In this document: positions 1 to 9,309 of the stretch, piece after piece
Layout: each line of letters starts with the position of its first letter
How positions within the stretch are numbered: the stretch's first letter is position 1
DNA from: a virus
Taxonomy: Duplodnaviria > Caudoviricetes
Reading direction: 5' to 3' (one strand)
Length of the DNA stretch: 31,760 nucleotides
IMG/VR virus record: IMGVR_UViG_3300012200_000013
Coordinates: 1-31,760 of that record
Notes under the pieces: model-generated
Seen by the model: the letters and a program-made list of their open reading frames with translations, nothing else
Told to the model about the DNA's origin: nothing
Databases searched by the model: none
Program-made: the position numbers and the translations under genes

Positions 1-1191
1 AGCCAAAAGATCAAGTGCCAGGTTCGTAACCCCTTGCTCAACCAATTGTTCGCTTCCAATTAATATTCCTAACCCCTGTCCATAAAAACAATCCGGGATA
101 TTACGCCAGTTGGCAGAAAAGAACGGAATTTTTCCGTATGGGTTCGATTCATTCCGAATCAAAATGTTGTGACCATTGAAGGATAAAACAACGATGACCT
201 TTTCTTTATCCCAGCGCTCCATAATCTCCATCGGAGCTTTCAAAGGGTCCGCAGATGTCTTATAACTTCTAGGCATTGCATGCTGCAAATATCCGAGCAT
301 CCCTTCCGGGATCGTCAAAGATATATTATCAGGGCTGGATGTCACGCCGTTCATGAAGATATATTTCAGGACATCCTCGCTTGGTATAACATAGCCTTCG
401 ATACCACGAAGTGCGTCTAGGTCCGAATAAGTCGCATAATCTCGATAAACCACCCAACCGGCACGCTGAATATCGCCGTAGCGACAACTCGGATCAACCA
501 AAACTGTTCGAATATCACAATATTTAATCCAAGGACGAGAAATCAGCAAATCGTCATACTCGATTATAAGTTCGTCTGAATCTGGCGTGTCGACAAGTTC
601 TGGCATACCGCCCAAAACATTCGGAACTGCCGTCTTTTCTGCTTTACGTTTATATCTCTTCGCCTTGACTTGGTGTTCAAGAAAACCCCATTTCATAATG
701 CAGGTTCCCAGCAACGCCATCTGGTCGAGTGCTCGCTCAGCCTCTTCTTCAAACTTCATATCCCAGAGTTGGGAAGAAAACAAAGCCGTCTTAGCTCGAA
801 CAATCTCTTGTTTCGTGCCCGGTCGGGGACGAAGCAAAAATGGGGGGTCTTCATAAAAAATTCCACCCATCAGTTTAGGAACGATAGACGAAATGTGGTT
901 GCTGACTAGGAATTTAGGAACGTTGGCCTGGGCTACATTGCTGCCATCAAAAGCTGATGCTGCGGCCGGACTCTGATAGAGAGTATCTGCCAATGTCCAA
1001 CCCGATGCCCATTGTTGAATGTTAATATAATTGTCTGCGGTACTCGTATCGTCCAGAACTAATTTTAACGCAGCGGCATCCTTAAAAGACATCGTGTTAG
1101 TTTCAACGTCTATATGGGTGTTTTCTTCTGTTATTTGGCTATCGGGGACTAAGTATAAATCCGCCGCCCTTACCGATAAATCATCACTCAT
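1..1191 (-). CDS. Portal protein, N-terminal part (runs off window start)
   Basis: Open frame from ATG 1191 (MSDDLSVRAADLYL...) with AGGA RBS. Contains portal-like segments (NHISSIVPKLMGGIF; ALDQMALLGTCIMKWG) and lies directly downstream of terminase. Confidence 0.8.
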   Translation of the reverse strand, partial: MSDDLSVRAADLYLVPDSQITEENTHIDVETNTMSFKDAAALKLVLDDTSTADNYINIQQWASGWTLADTLYQSPAAASAFDGSNVAQANVPKFLVSNHISSIVPKLMGGIFYEDPPFLLRPRPGTKQEIVRAKTALFSSQLWDMKFEEEAERALDQMALLGTCIMKWGFLEHQVKAKRYKRKAEKTAVPNVLGGMPELVDTPDSDELIIEYDDLLISRPWIKYCDIRTVLVDPSCRYGDIQRAGWVVYRDYATYSDLDALRGIEGYVIPSEDVLKYIFMNGVTSSPDNISLTIPEGMLGYLQHAMPRSYKTSADPLKAPMEIMERWDKEKVIVVLSFNGHNILIRNESNPYGKIPFFSANWRNIPDCFYGQGLGILIGSEQLVEQGVTNLALDLLA

Positions 1192-1214
1192 TATTGTCCT
1201 GAAATTGCGCCGGG

Positions 1215-3215
1215 TTACTTTCTAGTTGGCCACTTTGGAACCCATCCAGTATCTTCTGGTGGAGCGCTGCCAAAATTGATGTTGGATATATCTGGGGGAC
1301 GGCCGAAGATACGGTCATAGTTTGCTTTAATCTGATATTTCTTTTTCTCTTCTTCCAGAAAGGCTTTTGCCTCTTCCGCGTCTTTCTGGTTCATTGACGT
1401 GACGGGGAAGAAAGATGTGTGAAAATAACTCATCGCGTCGGGGATGTCGTCCTTCCGACCTCTGTTCTTATCTTCTCCGGTGTACATTGTCATTTGATAA
1501 AAAGTTCGATCAATCCAACTACCCGCAACGAAATACAACCTGTCGTCATTCAATAAAATTTCCAGTCCTTTAATCCTGTTTCGTTTAGCGTGTCTCAGAG
1601 TTGACGGATTTTTCCAAAAGATATTAAGAGAGACGCCGAATACCGGGGCTAATCTTTGCAACTCAGCTTTGAGCCAATCCGCCCCATTCGAGTTCTCAAT
1701 CAAGGTTCTTTTTGGGTTCCATTTTTTATTCAAATTGATTATATTGAGAACTAATTCTGATTGAGAGAGTTGATCGCAAATAACTTCTAGAATAACCAAA
1801 GCATATCGTCCGTCTTCTTTCTGATAGACTCGCCCAACCACTCCGGCCGAGAAATCTGACCGCTTATTGGCTGTCAAAGCCCAATCCCAACAAATATAGA
1901 TGTCGCCTACTTTTGGGGCGGCTTCTTTCTGATATAGATGTCTACGAAGCGCATCTTCATCAAACGTGACTCTAAAATCACCGTCTTTGTCTTCGCCTGC
2001 CGGTTCGTTCAGTTGTTGACAGCGAAAAGTCCTTTCATTATTAAGAAGTATCTGGCGAAGAATCTTGAACGTTCTTTCTGGGAACGTCAAAATAACCATA
2101 TCCTCTGTAAGTTCTTTCAGAGGAACTTCCGCGTACTCAGGCTTAACTGTCCAGCAACCGCGACAAAAATACTTAAGCGCACTCTCTTCTGGATGGTCTC
2201 GATATGCCTGAAGTCGCAGACCGTACAAATCTTTAGGAAAGTATCTTGTGCCGATATTGTCTGTAAATCCCCAGTCGCCCCGCATACCATCGGCCGTATC
2301 AAATTTATCTTTCAGAGATTCTCGGGCATCTTCGCTATTTGAATTGGAGTCGGTAACGACGTCGTCGTTTTTTCTGATGTCGCAGTGACCGCCAGACAAA
2401 CTAGCGTCAAGAGAGTTAACCCAGATGGACTCATCAGGTTGTTTGTGTTTTCTAACATCTAATACGAGGCCCAATGCTGACGTTCCGTCTCTGCCCCTAA
2501 TGATATACTCGGGAAATAAGAGATGCATGTCTGTAAAATCGCCGCGGTCGGGCCAATAGAGATATGCTTTTATATCCCTTAAAAATTTTACACCCTGCTT
2601 ATATACCCCGGTTAAAAGAAAAATACGAATATCCGGGACATTCAGCATCCATTGAATTACATCGACTCCATCGATTGTCGTCTTATAAAATCCCCGGGAA
2701 TCCAACAGTGTCATCTCTCTTGTTGGGCTACCGTATTGATCGAAACGCTCTTGCCTTTTTATAGCGTCGTGAACGTCTTTGAGTGTGTATCCGGCGGGCC
2801 ATGCGCCGTCGAAATCCTTCTGAACAAACTGATCGCATACAATTTGATGAACTTCGGACACCCAATCCTTCTTTAAAACCGTCTTACCTAACCAAAATAA
2901 ATCTTTGCGGGCCTGGTCTCGAAGATTTAACCATTCCTCAAAGGATCGCTCCATGCCTAAAATTTTACTGGTTGATGGATCGGGTCTTTTTATCTTCTTC
3001 TTTTCGTCTTCTTCTGATTCTTGATAATCCAGACCCCGATAAATTTTTCCGAGTTCAACCCAAGATAAAGATTCTGATAGATGTCTTACCCCATTGGCTG
3101 ATTCGTCTTTCTCTCGCAAAGGATCAAGAAATTCATTGAGTTCAACGCGTTCCTTTTTCTTCTCTGCACGCTTATCTCTGCTGTATTGATTTTTCTGTTC
3201 ACCTTTAAAGGGCAT
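1215..3215 (-). CDS. terL: Terminase large subunit
   Basis: Walker A-like SRGFYKTT, Walker B region GGHCDIRKNDD, coupling motif IGTRY, nuclease motifs ICWDWA..SDFSA and DDIPDAMS. The start could be 3215 (ATG) or 3227. Confidence 0.92.
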   Translation of the reverse strand: MPFKGEQKNQYSRDKRAEKKKERVELNEFLDPLREKDESANGVRHLSESLSWVELGKIYRGLDYQESEEDEKKKIKRPDPSTSKILGMERSFEEWLNLRDQARKDLFWLGKTVLKKDWVSEVHQIVCDQFVQKDFDGAWPAGYTLKDVHDAIKRQERFDQYGSPTREMTLLDSRGFYKTTIDGVDVIQWMLNVPDIRIFLLTGVYKQGVKFLRDIKAYLYWPDRGDFTDMHLLFPEYIIRGRDGTSALGLVLDVRKHKQPDESIWVNSLDASLSGGHCDIRKNDDVVTDSNSNSEDARESLKDKFDTADGMRGDWGFTDNIGTRYFPKDLYGLRLQAYRDHPEESALKYFCRGCWTVKPEYAEVPLKELTEDMVILTFPERTFKILRQILLNNERTFRCQQLNEPAGEDKDGDFRVTFDEDALRRHLYQKEAAPKVGDIYICWDWALTANKRSDFSAGVVGRVYQKEDGRYALVILEVICDQLSQSELVLNIINLNKKWNPKRTLIENSNGADWLKAELQRLAPVFGVSLNIFWKNPSTLRHAKRNRIKGLEILLNDDRLYFVAGSWIDRTFYQMTMYTGEDKNRGRKDDIPDAMSYFHTSFFPVTSMNQKDAEEAKAFLEEEKKKYQIKANYDRIFGRPPDISNINFGSAPPEDTGWVPKWPTRK

Positions 3216-3252
3216 TGAAAACCTCAAAACTGCTATTGTATTTCTTTATTAT

Positions 3253-4278
3253 CTATCCTGTCTTGGAAACCAAAATTACATCGACGCTGTAGTTTTCTTT
3301 TCTTGTGGTATATAATCGATATTTACCGGGTTCAGCAACATCTATATACACCGGAACGTCATAATAATATTCCGGCGATAGTCCGAGACCAAGCGTATTG
3401 ACTTTGAATGCATATCCACCTTGTGTGAATTTCGGATCGCCATTCTGTACGGGAAGCTTAAATGAGTGGTCTTTTCCGAACTGTGCTTTAAATACATCTT
3501 CTGGAATCGTTAAAGGGGTTGGGGCTGGTTTAGCGGAGAAATCTTGCGCTGGGTCAGATAACAATCTCCAGGCACGAGATATCGGGATGGCTATAACTAA
3601 ACTACCTAAACCTGGGCCACCGCCTACAACTATCCCAACAAGAGCTTTCTGTTTAAGATCAAATAAGCCGCTTCCACTAGAGCCTGGTGCGGCCAACCCA
3701 TTAACGGGCATCGCGTTCGACCAGACAGGATAATTGGTCAATAGATTATTGGGAAAATGATTGAATACCGGAGAAATAGCTTTCAACTCTACAGGCATCT
3801 TGCCAAAATCCAAAGCGTACGTGTAATTTGTCAACGTATCGCCTGCCTGCAGTCTGTGTTCGTCACCGAACCTAACAGTCGACAATCCTGCGCCATTCAC
3901 CAATCGAAGGATAGCCACGTCGTCCGTAGCGGATATCTTATATGGAATGGCCGTATAGAAAGGCCCCTGTTCGTTGTCCGAGAAAGACACTTCCTCGGGT
4001 CCAAGCAAACCGGCCGGAGTCCCTTCTTCAGGGTTAGCGTCTTCGTAAACGCAATGTCTGGCGGTCAGGAAATAAACGTCGCCACTCTTCATTTCGGTAG
4101 CGAAAGCTGTCCCGGAACAAATAAATCTACGCTTGCCGTCTTTCGTAAGAAAGATAGCTCCGGCAGCATTCTTGGAACGAGTCGCGAACGCTCGCTTAGA
4201 ATATCTAGAAACCCCCGTCCCGGTTAAATGTGTCAATGCGAGTACAGCAATCAAGCTCAATATCGTAATTCGTTTCAT
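3253..4278 (-). CDS. Trypsin-like serine protease with N-terminal signal/anchor
   Basis: Catalytic triad motifs LTARHC, DDVAIL and PGSSGSG. Hydrophobic N-terminus MKRITILSLIAVLAL. Confidence 0.85.
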   Translation of the reverse strand: MKRITILSLIAVLALTHLTGTGVSRYSKRAFATRSKNAAGAIFLTKDGKRRFICSGTAFATEMKSGDVYFLTARHCVYEDANPEEGTPAGLLGPEEVSFSDNEQGPFYTAIPYKISATDDVAILRLVNGAGLSTVRFGDEHRLQAGDTLTNYTYALDFGKMPVELKAISPVFNHFPNNLLTNYPVWSNAMPVNGLAAPGSSGSGLFDLKQKALVGIVVGGGPGLGSLVIAIPISRAWRLLSDPAQDFSAKPAPTPLTIPEDVFKAQFGKDHSFKLPVQNGDPKFTQGGYAFKVNTLGLGLSPEYYYDVPVYIDVAEPGKYRLYTTRKENYSVDVILVSKTG

Positions 4279-4379
4279 CCGATGTCTACTTTCCAACGAG
4301 ACATAACAAGGCAATTACGTTGGATTCGCCGCCCTATCGCCCTCACAAAAGGTCCCCTGTTCAGCGTCTAACTATGATG

Positions 4380-4610
4380 CTATTGCTGTGAATCTTTCTT
4401 TTTTCCAATGACTTCTGTAATTCGATTAGCGACATAATGAGACGTAGTAAGAGCCGTGATGCCTGCTGTTTCTACACCGCCTGGCAGAGCATGAGTATGA
4501 AGAACAACGTGGGTAATCCAACCTATTGCCGCCATGGATAAAACAGCGCTGATGATTCGGGAAGAACTGGGGGCATTACCATCACTAAAAGCCTGCCGAA
4601 TAAATTTCAT
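4380..4610 (-). CDS. Small 2-TM membrane protein (holin-like)
   Basis: Two hydrophobic segments, PSSSRI motif and basic C-terminus. Confidence 0.55.
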   Translation of the reverse strand: MKFIRQAFSDGNAPSSSRIISAVLSMAAIGWITHVVLHTHALPGGVETAGITALTTSHYVANRITEVIGKKKDSQQ

Positions 4611-4802
4611 TTAGTGTTTCCAGGATTTCATCGTGTGTGCGAAGTTAGCCATGTGAGCGATATGTGCGTTGTCGGAATTACGGGCAGATGCCAACTTAGC
4701 GGTCGGAATCTTTTCACCTGACGGGACACCTAGAGCGCGATGAAGACCACCTTTACGGAGATGGTGTAATGCGCGATAAAGCGAGACATTATGCTTCGCC
4801 AT
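4611..4802 (-). CDS. Small basic His-rich phage protein
   Basis: KGGLHRALGVPSGEKIP motif seen in phage hypotheticals. Tightly packed in the operon with a GGAG RBS. Confidence 0.7.
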   Translation of the reverse strand: MAKHNVSLYRALHHLRKGGLHRALGVPSGEKIPTAKLASARNSDNAHIAHMANFAHTMKSWKH

Positions 4803-4803
4803 G

Positions 4804-5082
4804 TTATACTCCTGCTGGACCTGGGGCTGGCATAACTACCGGTCCTGTAGCCGCTGGAGCGGCCGGACCTGCTTGAGCTTCTGCCTCACCGGGGTTAGGC
4901 ATACTCGTATGATCCATCATATGGTCCATCAACCCATCATGATCCGCGACCGCACTCTTAACATCCTTGTGGGGCCCGTCCTGGTGGACGTGGTGTACCG
5001 TGTGACTATTGTCAGCGTGATGCTCGATGTGAGTATGGGTGTAGCCGTGTCCCGCATGTTTCTTCTTAGCGTGCTCCGCCAT
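4804..5082 (-). CDS. His-rich low-complexity protein
   Basis: AGGAG RBS. HTHTHIEHH..HTVHHVH segment and Ala/Pro-rich tail. Confidence 0.75.
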   Translation of the reverse strand: MAEHAKKKHAGHGYTHTHIEHHADNSHTVHHVHQDGPHKDVKSAVADHDGLMDHMMDHTSMPNPGEAEAQAGPAAPAATGPVVMPAPGPAGV

Positions 5083-5094
5083 AAAAATCTCCTG

Positions 5095-5502
5095 TTACTT
5101 CCCGTCAGCGAAAGCTGATGGGTTTGCGCCGCCATCTTCACTGCGCTTGTTAAAGCCAAAAGCCTTGTTTCGAACCGCGGTATTCTTGATAGAAGACATC
5201 GGTGCGCCGTGCCCAGTCTTCTGATTCGTTACAGACCCTTCGCCCATCGTGCCCGCGTTACCAGATATAGCTTTGGTACGCATAGCGTGCGCCGCTGCGT
5301 GGGGGGCGGGGTTGTGCTTCGCCATCTTGACGGTCTCTTTGGTGTGGGCGGAGTGAACCGAACCCAATCCTAGACCTTCCCCCAAAGCGACAGTCTTCTC
5401 GTGAGACTTGTGCGATGGGGCGTCCTTCGCACCGGACATCGGCGTGCTGCCAATCTGCCCTTTGTAGGACGCAACTGGCTTTTTCTTTGTGTGCTCTTTC
5501 AT
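5095..5502 (-). CDS. Lys/His/Gly-rich disordered protein
   Basis: AGGAG RBS and operon position. Confidence 0.7.
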   Translation of the reverse strand: MKEHTKKKPVASYKGQIGSTPMSGAKDAPSHKSHEKTVALGEGLGLGSVHSAHTKETVKMAKHNPAPHAAAHAMRTKAISGNAGTMGEGSVTNQKTGHGAPMSSIKNTAVRNKAFGFNKRSEDGGANPSAFADGK

Positions 5503-5515
5503 TTGAATCTCCTAA

Positions 5516-5872
5516 TTAGTCTTTATCTTCTGAATCTTCTACGTATCCTTTCTCGTACTCGACTACTTCACAACAGCCGTGCTTAATATCAATAATAGGT
5601 ATCAGTTTTTCGTCTTTCTTAACTTGCGCGTCGGCGATTACAAGAGAGTGTAAACATCGTCCTTTACCATTCTCGTCTTTAAAAGTTTCGCCATCCTTCA
5701 TTTTTCGCCAAACACAGTCGCCGCAATGATATGGGCCTTGCTCTCCGTATCCAGATAACTTTGTGCTACCGGGCCAAAGCGGGCCTGTTTGGTCTAGAAG
5801 TCTTTTCAGTAGGGATATCTTTTTAAGCCAACCCATTTTCTTTTCAGGCATTGCGTCTCGCATCTCGGGCAA
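5516..5872 (-). CDS. Cys-cluster protein (CxxC...C...CC; possible metal or Fe-S binding)
   Basis: HCGDC, GRC and GCC motifs. The true start may be downstream of 5872. Confidence 0.6.
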   Translation of the reverse strand: MPEMRDAMPEKKMGWLKKISLLKRLLDQTGPLWPGSTKLSGYGEQGPYHCGDCVWRKMKDGETFKDENGKGRCLHSLVIADAQVKKDEKLIPIIDIKHGCCEVVEYEKGYVEDSEDKD

Positions 5873-6071
5873 CTTGATACTGGCTGCCTAGAATACTTCG
5901 TCGTTGAAGCTCGTTACCTTTGGCTGACGTAGCCTGTGCGGTTGCATCATAATCCTTGTCGACACCTGAAGAGCCTGCTATATAAGCCCTCTTTTCTGTT
6001 GGATCGCTAATCTGTGCCGCTTGATGGCCGCGTTCTGTAGTTATGGCTGCTCGTTGTTCTTCTGTAGGCAT
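5844..6071 (-). CDS. Hypothetical protein
   Basis: ORF with GGAG RBS, coupled to the upstream ORF stop. Confidence 0.6.
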   Translation of the reverse strand: MPTEEQRAAITTERGHQAAQISDPTEKRAYIAGSSGVDKDYDATAQATSAKGNELQRRSILGSQYQVARDARRNA

Positions 6072-6251
6072 TTACTTCTCCGATTCTTTTCTGGCTTTTC
6101 TAGCGTGCGAATAACTCGGTTTTCCTTCATGTACGTGCTCAGGAACACGTTGGCCCTTACTAGCTTTGTCCCATTCCGCTAACGCAGTCTTCCCGAGAAC
6201 TTCCGGATGGGCATGCAGATATCCGCGTTGGGCCTTGGAAACGAACGGCAT
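6072..6251 (-). CDS. Small phage protein (MPFVSKAQRGYLHAHPE..., 59 aa)
   Basis: Manually translated; below the ORF-track cutoff. The MPFxSKAQRxYL N-terminus is typical of small phage late proteins. Confidence 0.7.
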   Translation of the reverse strand: MPFVSKAQRGYLHAHPEVLGKTALAEWDKASKGQRVPEHVHEGKPSYSHARKARKESEK

Positions 6252-6263
6252 AATTAGGCTCTA

Positions 6264-6746
6264 TTAAATCTCTTTTATAGTTTTACTGCTTCTTGCTTCT
6301 TTCTGCTCTCTTAAATTGCGCAACGCCTTCAGTGCTTTTTGTTCTATTTTGTCTTCAGTTTCTTCTGATGGTGGCTTACATCTCTTAGTTTTACCATTTT
6401 GGGCTTTTCTAGTTTCGCTCTCGATATGTCTTACGAGAGATTCTCCAAAAGAATTGACCGCGGCGCGAGAAACTTCTTGACTATTTTCCAATCCTAAAAA
6501 CTTAGAATCAAGGGTCTTAACGTCGGATTTTATACTTTGCAGAGATGCGCTGTGAGAATCTAGCGAGGCTTGCAAATGCGGAAAATGATTCGTCATCAAA
6601 AGAACGACGTTATCGTTTACCTTCTTGACTTGATTATATGAAGATTTAATCCAACTATATATGCCATAGACGGCCCCGCCTGCGGAACTGGACGCGCCAA
6701 CTATCTTAACGTAGTAATAATATTCCTGAAGGGAAACCACAGACAC
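6264..6746 (-). CDS. Membrane-anchored coiled-coil protein
   Basis: N-terminal weakly hydrophobic segment followed by heptad-like helices. GTG start. Confidence 0.55.
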   Translation of the reverse strand: MSVVSLQEYYYYVKIVGASSSAGGAVYGIYSWIKSSYNQVKKVNDNVVLLMTNHFPHLQASLDSHSASLQSIKSDVKTLDSKFLGLENSQEVSRAAVNSFGESLVRHIESETRKAQNGKTKRCKPPSEETEDKIEQKALKALRNLREQKEARSSKTIKEI

Positions 6747-6843
6747 ATCCGATAAATAAAGGTTGTCGGGGCTTTAACGTCGACTGCTCTGGGTTTCACA
6801 GAATCGTACCGGGGGAATCGCTAGGCGCATTCGCCACTACGGC

Positions 6844-6880
6844 AAACGAAATTAAAGGGGCAACCATCACTGGTTGCCCC
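6844..6880 (-). terminator. Rho-independent terminator
   Basis: 10-bp stem GGGGCAACCA/TGGTTGCCCC followed by a U-rich tract on the - strand, just after the stop at 6888. Confidence 0.8.
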
Positions 6881-6887
6881 GGATTGT

Positions 6888-7496
6888 TTAGGACTGAATC
6901 TGGAACTGGAACATGTTGGCCGCGTTGCCCGGTTCAGAAACCGAGAAAGTCACACGCATCACAACACCGAACACTGGAGCACCTGGGAAAATCACGTTGC
7001 CGAAAAAGTTCAATCCGGACAAAGTGCTTGCTAGAGCGTTCACGCCGCCAGCCTTCACGGAGTTATCTACGACGGAAACCTGATATCCGGACAAAATACC
7101 GGACTGGGTGTCGCCGTTAACCGTTGCTTCAATCTGCCAGGGATAGAATACGCCAACGTTAGTCTGAACCGTTACTGCGCCAGTTGAAGCAATAACTGTG
7201 TACGTCGGAGAAATAAGCGTTCCGGTGTTAGCAACCATGTCGATTGTAACGGCCGGGCAAGCGCCACCAGGACCAACTTCAAAGTTACCGGCAGCCAAAA
7301 TCATGAATTGCTGACCGTTAAGTTCGTTATCGCCGCGAACTGCCAACTGACCTGTTGCATTGGTCGATGAAGGAGTCGTGCTTGCGCCAGCCGTAAAATT
7401 TCCGCTAGGCTGGGTAAAATACTTTGCTGCTGTACCGGTTCCGCCGACTGTTACTGGGCTCGAACCGTTGATGTTCCACTGATTTACTACTGCCAT
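6888..7496 (-). CDS. Beta-rich virion structural protein
   Basis: Gly/Thr/Ser/Val-rich. GAGG RBS before MAVVNQW. Confidence 0.65.
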   Translation of the reverse strand: MAVVNQWNINGSSPVTVGGTGTAAKYFTQPSGNFTAGASTTPSSTNATGQLAVRGDNELNGQQFMILAAGNFEVGPGGACPAVTIDMVANTGTLISPTYTVIASTGAVTVQTNVGVFYPWQIEATVNGDTQSGILSGYQVSVVDNSVKAGGVNALASTLSGLNFFGNVIFPGAPVFGVVMRVTFSVSEPGNAANMFQFQIQS

Positions 7497-7624
7497 GGGT
7501 GTTTCCTCTTTTTTAGTATACGTCGGACGACCATGCTTGCCGGGCAAGCGGTGGTACGACGCTTTTATAAAGAGAGACGCTTAGCTCGTGCTGCGAAACT
7601 CCAAATAAAATTTTGAATAAACTT

Positions 7625-8005
7625 TTAAACGTAAGACGCTGTGAAGACTACGCTAGATGACGGAGGCGTTGTTCCGGCTGTTCCGCCGGTCGTGACGGCT
7701 GCGGCGGTCAAGGCTGTAGCGAAAGTCTTGCCTGGGGCTGCCGAGGTGAAGAACATGTGTGTAATGATAGAGCTTGCCGGGGCGTAGATGATTTCATCCG
7801 GAGCAGTCACACCCAACGTGATTGAACCACTAGCTACGTTGAAAAGTTTCACGTAGGTGGCTGCGACGTTCAAAGAGTTGTCTATGATGACATAATACAA
7901 CTTTGCCGAAGATGCCTTAATGGCATCGAGAGCGCTTCCAATTGCGGTGTCGTTATAGATTATCTCGACTGCCGGGGTGCTTACATTTACTTGTGTAATA
8001 GCCAT
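7625..8005 (-). CDS. Beta-sandwich virion/decoration-type protein
   Basis: AGGAG RBS, YVKLFN motif and Ala/Thr-rich composition. Confidence 0.65.
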   Translation of the reverse strand: MAITQVNVSTPAVEIIYNDTAIGSALDAIKASSAKLYYVIIDNSLNVAATYVKLFNVASGSITLGVTAPDEIIYAPASSIITHMFFTSAAPGKTFATALTAAAVTTGGTAGTTPPSSSVVFTASYV

Positions 8006-8031
8006 AATTTTCTCCTATAAACTCTACGCAG

Positions 8032-8412
8032 TTATGCGCCGTGAGCAACCCCAAGATAGTCTAACCAGTAGGAAATGTTACCGCCGAGATTAATGCACTG
8101 AAGGATGTCCAAATTCGAGGGATTAGAAAATGCGGAAGCAAAAAATTGAGCGGTCGTGGCAGAACTTGTCAAAAGAGTTTGAAATACGCCGATGCGTGTC
8201 CCGTCGGTAGGCGCGACGGCCGGATTATGAACTGCGCCGGTCCAATCAACATTAACCGCGACGGTCGGTAGATTACTTGGATTGCTGCCAGGAATGGTAA
8301 TCTGGATTAAATCAAGATTCTGGGCCGAAGCCTGACTTGGTAATTGCGGAAACGCTAATTTCAGCGTAGGTCCGAACATCTGTGCCAATACAGCCGTGGG
8401 TGTTGCAGCCAT
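8032..8412 (-). CDS. Putative virion protein
   Basis: Start revised to ATG 8412 (AAGGAG RBS), because the upstream extension overlaps tRNA-Ile. Confidence 0.65.
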   Translation of the reverse strand: MAATPTAVLAQMFGPTLKLAFPQLPSQASAQNLDLIQITIPGSNPSNLPTVAVNVDWTGAVHNPAVAPTDGTRIGVFQTLLTSSATTAQFFASAFSNPSNLDILQCINLGGNISYWLDYLGVAHGA

Positions 8413-8443
8413 AAAATAATACTCCTTAAATTTAGTGGGAAAT

Positions 8444-8519
8444 TGGTAGCCAGGGATTGAATCGGACAATCATTTCACGCTTATCGGGCGTGCGTACTAA
8501 CCATTGTACGACCCGGCTA
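8444..8519 (-). tRNA. tRNA-Ile(GAT)
   Basis: Cloverleaf; cacgc-CCGATAA-gcgtg; T-loop TCCGATT; encoded CCA. Confidence 0.88.
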
Positions 8520-8526
8520 TTGAAAA

Positions 8527-8602
8527 TGGTTGCCCAACTTGGACTCGAACCAAGATGCGCGGCTTCAGAGGCCGCTATCCTACCGATTAGATGATCGGGC
8601 AA
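8527..8602 (-). tRNA. tRNA-Gln(CTG)
   Basis: gcggc-CTCTGAA-gccgc; TTCGAGT; CCA. Confidence 0.93.
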
Positions 8603-8610
8603 TAGAAACT

Positions 8611-8734
8611 TTGGCGGTCACAAACCGCCGCGGCGATTCTCATGCTTCCCGTCGGAAGCGCATCGCGTTACATCGAGATTGGATGGCCTGGGCTCTCGCC
8701 CACATTGTCCTTCTTCTCAAGGAAGACGGCCCAC
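8611..8734 (-). ncRNA. Unassigned structured RNA A
   Basis: Several GC-rich hairpins (gtcttc/gaaggac, tgggc-GAGA-gccca, gcttcc-GACG-ggaagc, ggcggt/accgcc) between two tRNAs. Confidence 0.55.
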
Positions 8735-8810
8735 TGGTTGCCTCGGTACGACTCGAACGTACATAGCGAGATTCAAAGTCTCGCGGCCTGCCGATTAGCC
8801 GACAAGGCAA
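8735..8810 (-). tRNA. tRNA-Gln(TTG)
   Basis: cgaga-CTTTGAA-tctcg; TTCGAGT; CCA. Confidence 0.93.
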
Positions 8811-8817
8811 TAGAAAA

Positions 8818-8892
8818 TGGTCCTAGCTGCTTGAGTTGAACAAGCTCGACCTGTTCTTCAGACAGGGATGCAACCAATACATCAAACTAGGA
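8818..8892 (-). tRNA. tRNA-Phe(GAA)
   Basis: cctgt-CTGAAGA-acagg; TTCAACT; CCA. Confidence 0.88.
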
Positions 8893-8898
8893 TAAAAA

Positions 8899-9192
8899 TT
8901 AAACAGCCGAAACAGTCAGCGATACGATCATCGTGATTTCCGGGTCCAGGGAATCAACCAATAATACGCCTGTCTGAGTACCTAGCACGACACTCGTGTC
9001 ATAAATGTTGACGCTTATCGTAAATATCCCTTCACCGTATCCGGCGTTGGGAGAAATCCGGAGCCAGGACGTATTAAAAATATTCGTTACTTTCCATCGC
9101 TCGATGTTTCCGGTCACACGGACCGTCTGGGCGAGCGGATTACCGGCAGCTTTCGTGGCTGTAAAGGAAGGATAAGTTGCTGATACATTCAT
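8899..9192 (-). CDS. BACON/Ig-like single-domain protein
   Basis: W..T....SWLRISPNAG.G.G..TISVN pattern. AAGG RBS. Confidence 0.7.
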   Translation of the reverse strand: MNVSATYPSFTATKAAGNPLAQTVRVTGNIERWKVTNIFNTSWLRISPNAGYGEGIFTISVNIYDTSVVLGTQTGVLLVDSLDPEITMIVSLTVSAV

Positions 9193-9212
9193 AGTTTTCC
9201 TTTACTAAAAAT

Positions 9213-9304
9213 TGGAGGAGAGCCAGAGAATCGAACTCTGTCATCCCACTAAGTAGGATGTCTCTGTTTTCGGGACAGTGGCCGACCATTCAGCGCTGCT
9301 CTCC
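9213..9304 (-). tRNA. tRNA-Ser(CGA)
   Basis: ctgt-CCCGAAA-acag; long variable arm; CCA. Confidence 0.88.
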
Positions 9305-9309
9305 TAAAT

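Noticed and set aside
587-4227. + strand ORFs opposite portal, terminase and protease
   Set aside because: Antisense shadows of well-supported - strand genes.
8690-8734. Theta/HDV-like ribozyme at the tRNA 3' end
   Set aside because: The position fits, but a nested double pseudoknot (P1 3' strand directly after P3, P1.1) could not be built.
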